Positions 34,751 to 46,100 of a DNA stretch of 64,000 nucleotides are shown piece after piece (the first letter of the stretch is position 1; each line of letters opens with the position of its first letter). This DNA is from Macrostomum lignano (taxonomy: Eukaryota): positions 124,001 through 188,000 of the forward strand of contig NIVC01000677.1 in assembly GCA_002269645.1 (NCBI GenBank), read 5' to 3'. Under the pieces are notes generated by a model that saw nothing but the letters and a program-made list of their open reading frames with translations, made no database searches and had not been told where the DNA came from. The position numbers and the translations under genes are program-made.

Positions 34751-37700
34751 CGCCACTTTTTGCTTGGCGTCTGTTCTGTTGTGAATAGCGGCAGGGGACA
34801 ACTTGGTTTGGTTCAGACAATGCGAATCAGGGACAGGGGGAGGGGAGGTGGAAGGGTGGGGGTGACGGGGAGAAGAGGAGAGGGGAGGTCAAAGTGGCGC
34901 AGCGGCTAAGCGTGCTGCACATCGCCTCCTCAACCTCCCTCCTCTCTAGCTTGACTAGTACGCAAAATGCGGGCCCACCTACCGCGGGCCATGACTTAGC
35001 AAATGCTAAGAGGCGGATTAACTAACTCAGCCCACCCGCCCCGTTGTGTTAGGGAAGAGTTTCTCTCATCTTGCTCTCGCTCTCCGCGTGTGGTCCAACT
35101 TTCCTCCCGGCAAGTCGTTTGGTCGCAGAGGTGGTTTGTGTGTAGAGAGAGGCGGGTAATGGAAAGAACAGAATGAGGCGAGACAGAATATAAGCTAGAA
35201 TAATGAGAGAACTGGATCTCGGATGAGCAAATCCCGCTGGAGTGCCGGGGAGGAGCGGTTAGGGTGCTCAGGCTTGAAGAAACGGGGGGAGTGTCGTCCA
35301 GCAATGCCCGGGGCCGGTGTGCCGGAGCGAAAGGAAAGACGACCCCGCCACGCCTAGGGGGGGGGGCACCGCGGGTTTTGGAAGTCGGGACGCTCCGGGT
35401 AGCTGAGTAAGGGATAGCTCAATAGGGAAAAGTCGCCTGCTCAATGGACGGACAGCTGGGAGAGAGGGTGCCTGTCAGTCATGACTGAAGTAGGAGACGC
35501 GCGCTAAGATGACTCAAAAAAGTTTTGGCTTTTTGGGCTTAAGCCTCCAAATTGTTGACTAACCGCGGGCTACAGCGACAACAATGGAACTAATAATGAT
35601 GCCCCCAGAGAGCGGAATTGGGTTGGACGAACACCGTGCTGAGATTGATGCTGCCTTCAAATGCGATCGATGAAAATTTATAAGGAGTTTACACACGGTG
35701 CTGCAAGTTCTGTAACGAGTCAGTTTATCAATTTAAACACTGTCAATTCCGAGCGTACACGTACAATATGATTGGAATGTATAAAAATAAATCGTTTCTC
35801 CAAAATGTACGTCGGCGATTCTAATTCTGAGATCTTAGATTAAAATTCTGAGTAAAATTGTTACGCTCAGCATAGTCTTGCTCTGCATCAGTTTCGTCGG
35901 CCCCGTGCAGCTCAGTCCATCAAAATGATTAATTGGACTTCAATTAAGAAAGCTGCATGACTCAGATTAGAAGCTCAAAGAAGGGAAAATTCAATCAAGC
36001 AAGCTTTGGTATTCTGTTCGGTCACAGAGTGAAATTATTTGCCATAGCTAGCTCATGAGTCTGAAAGCTTCCGTAGACAGTGGATGGCGGCCGGAGCTAT
36101 CATATGTAGAAAAAGGAAAAAGAAACGAAATATAATTATACTTCGCGGCAAGGCATGATGATGAAGCTTAGCTGTGGTTACACATGTATTTTGCGTCGGC
36201 AATTTTCTTCATGCACGCGCAAGTTTCGAATCAAAATATATATAGGCACGCTCACGCAGTATTACTCGATCACAAATTCCCCCATGCATGCTGCGCAAAT
36301 TCTGACGTCGGTGACTCGGTAGCCTTTTTTGGTTTCGATCGACGTTGATAGCAAATGCCTACTCTTACATTTATCAATGTCGAGGACCACTGTATATAGC
36401 TATATACAGTGGTCTTTGTGTCAGTTACATGTACATGCACTTCGGTAGCGTCGAAATGGTACGCTCATAAATGTATGTAACGTGGAGTGTTTCATATAGT
36501 AAAATAAATCCGACATCAGGTCGTCCAAATACTCGACTACAGTACAGGTTAGAATAGAGAGAAAGAAGCCCACGCTTTAGAGCGTATTGTTTTGAGCCTA
36601 CTGTATTTCTTTTATTTACAATTTCTCAGCAGAAAGGTTAGACTTATCTTTAGCTTCAAGCTAGAGATACAGGTAAGTAGCATAACTACATGTAAGTTTT
36701 TAATTGTGAAATTTTATGCATGCAGAATTACTGATTAAGTATAAATTAAGAACAATTTAATTGCACTGAGTCGAATTTGGTTTACTAAAGTAAGTGAAAC
36801 CTCCGCGAGAAATAAAAAAACTAAAATAACATGGAGCTCACCTCGAGGAAGCAATGCACGTACCCTATTTCCTCTAGCAGTCGTCCTCGGTTTGGGCATG
36901 ATAAATGTTAAAAACTTTGTAGCAACTTGTTCAGTAACTTTTTAGTATGCATTACCAATGATTTAAACTGGATTAGTTTTGGTTCCATTTTCTGTTTACG
37001 TCTGCATACTACTTGTTTTACTGTTATGGGTCGAAACCAAAATAAAACGAAAATCAAACGTATAGACTTTCCAAGAAACAACTATCTTAAAGCGTAAGTG
37101 CTCAATGCTCCACAGTGCAATAATTTGTTGATTGTTTAATTTGTTCCGTAGTTAATTTTTCACTTCAAATTAAAACGAAATATTCAAGCCGAGGATATAG
37201 CGCTTATTTATTTTTTTCGTTCCGCTAGCAGTAACAATGAGTCGAAATATTTTTGTTAGACGCAATAAATAGACATCAAGACATGACTAATGAATTCACG
37301 TATATATATTGTATATTCATTATTCATTAGTAGTTTTAGGTTTAATTCGGGGTGGAAATTTCATTTTTAAGTCTTTTATTATTTAGATTTGCAGTTGCTT
37401 TTTTAATTCATAATAATAGATTGTTCATAATTAAACTTTTTTAAAAGTACATTTTAAATTAATATGTTTTTACTTTCATATATTTATTATTTAAGCGGAA
37501 GAAATGATTTATATAAACTGTTTGTACATCCTGTGAGTTTACAACTCATTGGATTTTCTGTAAAGTTTAGACTTAGTACCTCAAAAAATCTAATATTCTA
37601 ATATAAAAATGCTAAAATAAATTATAAATTTATAGAATTATACTTTTGTGGGTTTTCATTATCATAAATTAAATATTTATCTTCTTATTATTTTTATAGA

Positions 37701-38071
37701 TACTGTGATTTTAAGTTTTATATAATAGTATAAAATTTTGTTTATAACTCAAGAGCATGCTTTATTTTATTTATGTACAAATAATGAAAAGATGAATTAA
37801 AAATAACCTGCTTTTTAATTCCCTCCCACCCCAAAATTAGATATTATCTTTAACTAGATCCTAGGCTCCCTACTAGATATTAAGGTCTAATAATAGAGCA
37901 AAAGGCTATGGTTTTGTCATACAATTTCTTTTATAAAAATTGAGCTATTAGGCATAAACATCGTCTTAGTGTTCTAAACCATACCCTTTTTGTAATCTAT
38001 CTTCAGTAAACCGCGGCTTCAAAGCAGCCGCCAGCGCTACCCCCGCATTCCTCAGCAGCAGCCCAGCTTGA

Positions 38072-40988
38072 ATGGAATCTGTGCCAGCCGCGCCCACCTT
38101 GGATCACGTGACTGCGCTGCAACGCGGCGAGACTCTGGTCCGCGCGGCCGCCTACATCGGCTCCTTTGCCGTTGAGGGCGCGGATCCGCGGCACCGCTCA
38201 GAATTCGCGCACCGCGAGCTGGACAGAATGCGCAACTACAACCGGTCCAAACCGGTTCAGCTCTGGTTGGCGCTGTCCGGCATTAAGGTGATGCCATTCG
38301 GGCCTGGGAGATAAGAATTATCCTCGGGAATTTCCCGCTAGCCCTTATAAAGTCCAATCATGGCTTTTTAGGTTTTCCTGTATTACCGACAAGATCGAAA
38401 TGTTACGCTTATTAATTATTAATCAGCTGTTTTCACCAAGTCAGACAGCAGATGTTTCACCATGTCAAATGCGGATATTTAGTAATAAAAAGCCAATGTA
38501 AACGCATTAATATTCGATTAAAGGTCTGCGACGAGTTCGGGCGCACAGTCTACATGGCGCACGCGCTGAGGCGAATCTCCTACGCCAGCTGCAACCCGGA
38601 CCACTGCCAGTTCGCTTTCATGGCTCGCGAGCCCAAGGCTCAGGTCAATCTCCAATACTGCCACGCATTCGTCACTGTGCACCCGGACTTAGCCGAAGAG
38701 CTTAACAATTTGGTTGGCGACTGTTTTAAGCTGGCCTACACCCTGCAGCAACAGCAGAAGCAACAACAGCAGAAACAGCAGCAGCAGATTCTGTTACAAC
38801 AACAGAAACAACAGTACGTCAAAAAGCAACCTCTACAGCAGCCACAGCCGATCAATAAACAGCAGCAGGTACAACAGCAATTGCAAATGTACCAACAGCA
38901 GCAGCAACTGCAACAAAAACAACAGCAGGAGCAACAGCAGCAACTGCAGCAGCAAATTCAACAACAACAACAACAACAGCAACGCCCAGCCCGTCGCTCA
39001 GAGGCAGCCCAGCAAACGACGCCACCGCCACTAGTTGATGAGTCGACTCGACGCTGTTCGCAGCTCGGCAGTTCGTCGGCTGGTTCCCAGCAGCAGCAGC
39101 AGCAGCAACCGCCGCCGCCGCCACCAAGGGACAACAGCTGCTGCTTGGACCAGTCAGTGTCCAGCAGCTCCTCGTTGGCCAACATGCAGTGGTCAACTAC
39201 GGATCAAAATTTACCTGAATCAACTGTCACGCAGCAACAACAACAACAACAACAGCAGCAGCAGCAGCAGCAGCAACAGCCTCGACGAAATCGCAGGTCA
39301 GGCCGCGAATATCTCGCAACCGTCGGAGGCATCGCAGGCAATGGAGCTTCAACTGCTGCATCCGCGGGTACTGTTGGTGACACTACTCCCTCGCCGCCAC
39401 CGCCGCCTTTGCCAGCACGGTGAGTCTGGAAGAATTTTCTCGGTTGTGTCTTTCCACCTCAGTCGGTTGTGTCTCTCCACCCAGTCGGTTGTGTCTCCCC
39501 ACCCAGTCGGTTGTGTCTCCCCACCCAGTCTTTTGAGTCTCCCCACCCAGTCGGTTGTGTCTCCCCACCCAGTCTTTTGAGTCTCCCCACCCAGTCGGTT
39601 GTGTTCCCCCACCCAGTCGGTTGTGTCTCCCACCCAGTCGTTTGTGTCTCCCCACCCAGTCGGTTGTGTCTCCCCACCCAGTCGGTTGTGTCTCCCACCC
39701 AGTCGGTTGTGTCCCCCCACCCAGTCGGTTGTGTCTCCCCACCCAGTCGGTTGTGTCTCCCCACCCAGTCGGTTGTGTCTCCCCACCCAGTCGGTTGTGT
39801 CCCCCACCCAGTCGGTTGTGTCTCCCCACCCAGTCGGTTGTGTCTCCCACCCAGTCGGTTGTGTCTCCCCACCCAGTCGGTTGTGTCTCCCCACCCAGTC
39901 GGTTGTGTCTCCCCACCCAGTCGGTTGTGTCCCCCACTCCGGATGGCTTCAACCGTAGCAGCGGCCAACTTGGCGCACCGGACATCACAAACAGATCTTC
40001 GCCAGCGTCGGCTTCGTCTACATCAGCGCAGTCGTCGCAGCCGCCGCCGCTGTCCGCGGAGAATTCGGAGGAGGCCGGCGCCGAGGAGCCGGTGAACGCC
40101 GACTGGTACCAGGCCGACATGCCGCGCGACACCGCTCTGGGCCTGCTCAGCCGGGAGGAGGTCGGCGCCTTCATAGTGCGGGACAGCGGCACACATCCCG
40201 GCTGCTACGCGCTGTCTGTCCGGGTTGCCCGGTCGGACAATCCGAGCGGCTTCGCACACTACCTTGTCCAGCGGACTCAGCGCGGCTGCGTCCGGTTGAA
40301 GGGCCTGGCCAAGGTGAGGAGCTTGTAGCCTTCTATTAGGATTAGTTTGGTTTGCAGTGGACTGGTGATCTAGTCTAAGGACTGGTGATCTAGACTAAGG
40401 ACTGGTGATCTAGTCTAAGGACTGGTGATCTAGTCTAAGAACTGGTGATCTAGTCTAAGGACTGGTGATCTAGTCTAAGAACTGGTGATCTAGTCTAAGG
40501 ACTGGTGATCTAGTCTAAGAACTGGTGATCTAGTCTAAGGACTGGTGATCTAGTCTAAGGACTCGTGATCTAGTCTAAGGACTGGTGATCTAGTCTAAGG
40601 ACTGGTGATCTAGTCTAAGGACTGGTGATCTAGTCTAAGCACGGGTGGTCAAGTCTAAGGATTGTTGATCCAGTCTCAGGACATGATGAGGCCGGGTGAT
40701 TAACTGATAATGCATTGGTACCTGTCCCAGGAGTGGCCCGGCCTTCAGTCGCTGGTGTGCCACCTGTCGGTGATGCCGGAGCTGCTGCCCTGCCCGCTGC
40801 GGCTGCCCCGCTATCGCCAGGAGGAGGACAACCCGGTGTACACCGACGACCGGGCTCTGGGCGGCGCCACCACGGCCAGCGACGAGCAGGATGGTGTCGG
40901 CTGCCCCTACGGCCTGGGACTGCCGCCAGATGAAGATTATCAGAGGCTGTCCGATTTCAGCTCCATCATGGCTGAGCTGCGCATGTGA
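38072..40988 (+). CDS. PTB-domain, polyQ, SH2-domain adaptor (SH2D5 / EGFR-adaptor-like), 4 exons, ~574 aa
   Basis: Exons: 38072-38287, 38524-39419, 39959-40313, 40731-40988; all GT-AG and phase-compatible. PTB: AYIGSFAV...MAHALRRISYA...FAFMAREP...CHAF. SH2: WYQADMPRDTALGLL...GAFIVRDSGTHPGCYALSVRV...HYLV. Confidence 0.88.
39440..39935. repeat. 20-22-bp minisatellite (CCACCCAGTCGGTTGTGTCTCC) filling intron 2 of the adaptor gene
   Basis: Direct reading. Confidence 0.96.
40355..40680. repeat. 20-bp minisatellite (GGACTGGTGATCTAGTCTAA) filling intron 3 of the adaptor gene
   Basis: Direct reading. Confidence 0.96.
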
Positions 40989-41114
40989 GCAAAGTGTTGA
41001 AGGACAAAAGGCTTACGAGTACAGTGATCATTGGCGGGGTAATATGAATTTGTGGAAAGCATTTTGCAGCGCTAATGTATCCTTAGTAATCCTTTGGCAT
41101 TGTGTCTATAGCCA

Positions 41115-41800
41115 TAATACACAGTCACGATACACACTCAGTCATGATGCACACTCAGTCATGATGCACACTCAGTCACGATGCACACTCAGTCATGATG
41201 CACACTCAGTCAGGATGCACACTCAGTCATGATGCACACTCAGTCACGATACACACTCAGTCATGGTGCACACTCAGTCATGATGCACACTCAGTCATGA
41301 TGCACACTCAGTCACGATACACACTCAGTCATGATGCACACTCAGTCACGATACACACTCAGTCATGATGCACACTCAGTCATGATACACACTCAGTCAT
41401 GATGCACACTCAGTCACGATACACACTCAGTCATGGTGCACACTCAGTCATGATGCACACTCAGTCATGATGCACACTCAGTCACGATACACACTCAGTC
41501 ATGATGCACACTCAGTCACGATGCACACTCAGTCATGATGCACACTCAGTCATGATGCACACTCAGTCATGATGCACACTCAGTCACGATGCACACTCAG
41601 TCATGATGCACACTCAGTCATGATGCACACTCAGTCATGATGCACACTCAGTCATGATGCACACTCAGTCACGATGCACACTCAGTCACGATGCACACTC
41701 AGTCATGATGCACACTCAGTCATGATGCACACTCAGTCATGATGCACACTCAGTCACGATGCACACTCAGTCACGATGCACACTCAGTCACGATGCAGTC
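41115..41800. repeat. 17-bp minisatellite (ATGCACACTCAGTCATG) just 3' of the adaptor stop codon
   Basis: About 40 copies read directly. Confidence 0.96.
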
Positions 41801-43130
41801 ATGCTATAGACATTGCCTCGACTTGTGTAAGTAACATTGCCCAAGTACAAGCGTACAAAAGAGTTTTAGATATTTAGATGCTGAATCATGTTATTGGTCA
41901 TATAAACCTTACCTTTTGAAACCCAATTTAGCAATTATTATGATATTTACCGTGGAAAGGCATGCTTTCTTTGTCAAACAGGTCTTGGACCTGCAGTCTG
42001 CTTGCTTGCTATCCAAAGCTTCATTTACGTACTGAATAGAAAAATTTGTATGCCTTTATAATTGCCCTAGGCAATCAATTCAAACGTTAAATAATAGGCA
42101 GTATCGGAGATAGAAATTTTAATTTATTAATTTTTTTGTTTCACCTTAAAATGCAGTGATAGACCAACAAAAAATTAAAGTTTAATTAAACTTTCTTTCG
42201 GCAACAGAATTTCGACGGCAAACTCCAGTGTTTTGTACTGCTTTTTCCTGTATTCTCACTGTTCTGTTTATTGTAGTCGCCTATTCGATATTTATCATCT
42301 ATATCTACATTTAGCAGGCATTCATTAATTACTATATACCTAAGCTTAGTTCACTTATCGAATTATCGCGTTTAAACAAAATGTTTCTGAGCTTTTAAAC
42401 TTTTTGTTGTCGATTACTAACAAAATTAGTCACGATCTATATACTCGTAGTGAAGTTTTCTCTTCCATTGTGCAAGTTTAACTGCCATTAGTAGCATGTA
42501 ATGATGAGACACGGTTGGCACACGGCTGACATTAAATACGCAGGTCTCCACCTGCATTGATTTTGTGTTCATTTTTGGCTTGCATTGAGCAGCCTGACTC
42601 TGACTAGTCTGTTTCCGCTTTTTTACCTCAACAATTTTTACAGGTATTACAAAGTGAAAAGATTTTTTAAAGCACAAAAAATTGAAGTATTCCTCAAAGC
42701 GCCTTTGGAATCCTTCAGCTTTGTTATCCTGATTAGTAATGAAAGGATGACATGATTTTTTATTGACGTCAATTTTTGCTTCTATCCGAGTGACAAGAAA
42801 ATATAAAACTAAATAAACAGTTATCGAACACGCAAATATTAGCGAATTAGTAACGTTTTGTCTGATGTTATGATGGCTACTTGCCAGAATCATTCTTAAA
42901 AGTTCATCGAAGTGGCAAACTTAAGTAAATGTACAAATAGGCTTAAACTTTGAAAAATTCGAATCATCAATAGAATTGGAACAAAGCAATTAGAATTATG
43001 TCAGATTTTCAGTTTTTTTAAGGTTTCAATTATTCCGTTTCACGTAGTGGATGGATGACTAAAATAAAATTTTCTTTTGAAATGGCTATGAAGTTGAGCA
43101 GTTAAAAGTCCTGCTAGCAAGGGGCACTAC

Positions 43131-46100
43131 TTAATTTAGCGAATCCACAATTTGCCGCAGGGAGTCCGCAGCGGACTCTGCACTCGGACGGGAGTCTGGA
43201 GTGCCGCTCCAACAGCGCTCCATCAGGCTCCAGAGCTGGTCGGGCATGCCCGGCAGCCGCTTGGGTCGGCGGTCCTGGGCACCGGGTAGCTGGATTGGCC
43301 CGAAGCTGGGCAGGAGCTCAACGTACTCCGGGTGGCGCCTGCCAGTGCCTTCGCTGCGGGAATCGGGGTAAATGGGGGGCATCGGTGTATAGAGAGCTGC
43401 ACAGTAGGATGGACAACAAACGCAAACGCTATTTAGTTAGGCCAAGAAGTTTTCCCTCCGGCACTGTTTTTAGTGGTTATTACTTACAACCTCCAGATTT
43501 TCATAGTAGATGGATGTTTAAAAAGGCTATGCATTTATTTAGCTAGTCTTGGTGTGACATACCCTTCAAATTGCCTAGAAGAGGTTTGTAGCCTAGTGGA
43601 AGGTGTGAATTGGCTGTCTTATACCGATTTGAACTATACTGCTTTGTGCGTTTGGCTGCTCAAATTTAGCTTACCACTATAGACCCTCCCCCTCCACTGA
43701 ACTGATCGATTTCTGTTTATACGTACAGTACTTCTTCGCAATGTACATCGTTCGTCCTAACTACATGTACTCAGTTCTATAATACAATATAAAGGACCAA
43801 CGCGTCAGTTAAGAAACGCTGTTTACAACTTGCGGCTCAAGCCAATTCAATCGCTTCTTCTCAATCTCAATTCATCACAATGGCGACGAGGACTTTTGGC
43901 CAAATTCCAGAACTTTCAGCTGAATCAGACCTTGAAATCTACGCTGAGCGCATGAACCAATATTTCATATGCAACAAAGTTGAGACTGCCGAGGCCAAGC
44001 GTGCTATCTTTCTTACTGCCATTGGTGAGAAGTACTACAAATTGCTTCGCGACTTGTGTCAGCCACAGAAACTGACTGAAAAATCCTACGAAGATCTGCA
44101 GGACATACTAAAGAAGCATTGCTCGCCCGAACCTTCGGAGATCGCCGCACGTTTCAAATTTCAGCAACGTCTTCAGCAAGATGGTGAATCTTTCGCTAAC
44201 TTCTTGGCAGGGCTGAAAAACGCTGCAAACCATTGCAAGTTTGGCGAGTCCCTTCAGGAGCGACTTCGAGATCAGTTTTTGTTCGGAATGAGAAGCGACA
44301 CTTTCCGCTCTAAGCTACTCGAGAGTTCGGATCATTCGTACGCTGGGCTGATCAAACTGGCCTTGGACCTCGAAGCTGCTCACAAATCTTCAAGCGAGAT
44401 GGCGCACACTTCAGCAACCAATCGAGTCAGCGCGAATCCATCAGTGGCACGCCCGAGAGCACAGTACAACATCAGCCAACACTCTGGTCCCGCTGGATCA
44501 GCATCCAAGCCAGGCACCTGCGACAGCTGTGGAGGTCCACATTCGCGTCAGAACTGTAAATTCCGTAACTCGAAATGCCATGCTTGCGGGAAGGTTGGCC
44601 ACATTAAGAAGGTTTGCAGGTCAGCAAAATCTGTGAAACTCCTGGAGGAGAATGAAACCGGGTCTCAGTACGACGAAAAAAACTACGAGGAAGAGCCAAT
44701 ATTTCATGTCTCAATGACTTCCAAGTCCCCGATTCTGGTGCCTCTGCAAATCGAGGAAGTGCAATCTCATTTTGAGCTGGACACAGGATCTGCTGTAAGT
44801 CTCGTTCCCAAGGCATTCTATGATAGCCATCTGTCTCATCTGCGACTGCATCCGTCCAAGACGACTCTGCGAACCTACACGGACCAGGAGTTCTCTCCGA
44901 TCGGAGAAGTAACAGTGAAGGTCACTTACGAAGGGCAGGAAGCTTCTCTGCCGCTACTCGTGGTGTCTGAAGGCAGCGCTCGACTCCTGGGACGCAACTG
45001 GCTAACCGTCATCCGCCTAGATTGGCCTCGCTTGACAGCACCCGTCAACTCGTTGATCGCAGCACCTAACGATATGGCTACTGAGCTGGTCCGTCAGTTT
45101 TCGGATGTCTTCGCCGAGGGTCTCGGTAAGTATCGCCTCAGTGAAGTCGACCTTCATTTACAAGAAAATGCTACGCCAAGGTTTTACAAGGCGCGACCGA
45201 TTCCCTATGCTCTGCGTGAGACCGTCGATTTAGAGCTTCAGCGCATGGAATCAGAAGGGGTCATCACTCCAATAGCGACTTCTCAATGGGCTGCCCCGAT
45301 TGTGCCAGTAGTAAAGAAGGACGGGTCTGTACGAATCTGCGGAGATTACAAGTGCACATTCAACCAGGTCGCAAAGCAAGAGCACTACCCGCTGCCGAGA
45401 ATCGAAGATTTATTTGCGAGACTGGGTGGCGGCCACAAATGGAGCAAACTCGACCTGGCAAAGGCATTTCTGCAGCTCCCAATATCAGAAGACAGCAAAC
45501 AGTACCTCGTTATCAACACTCAACGTGGACTGTTCAAGGTGAACCGCCTGCCATTCGGTATCTGCTCGGCCAGTGCAATTTTTCAACGCATCCTTGACAG
45601 TCTGCTCGGGCATCTCAACGGCGTCCAGGTTTATCAGGACGACATCCTGGTTACCGGGTCTTCACTGGCGGCTCACAAAGAAAATCTGCTGCAAGTCCTG
45701 CACAAGCTTCAAGAGGCCTCAATTCCTCAATTCATTTGAATCCTCAAATGAATCCTCAATTCATTTCCAGGGAATTCGCAAGCTTTACACGCAGCAACGG
45801 CATTCGGCATGTCACGTCAGCGCCTTACCATCCTGCTACGAACGGTCAAGCTGAAAGATTTGTACAAACACTGAAGCTGCACATCAGGAAATCCGGTCAC
45901 TCCGCCGCTGCTTTGCAACGCTTTCTCTTCGCCTACAGGGTAACGCCGCATTCGACTACAGGCACCTCTCCCAGCGAACTGCTTCTGGGACGTCGGCTGC
46001 GCTCCAGACTGGACCTTCTGCGGCCATCTCTAGTAGACCAAGTGCGCGATCGGCAAGAGGCTGCCGCTGAGTCCCAGCGCCGCACCCGGTTCTTCGGGAT

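Noticed and set aside
42426-42893. 155-aa minus-strand ORF downstream of paralogue A
   Set aside because: AT-rich, non-ATG start, no motif and no splice support; probably 3' UTR or intergenic.
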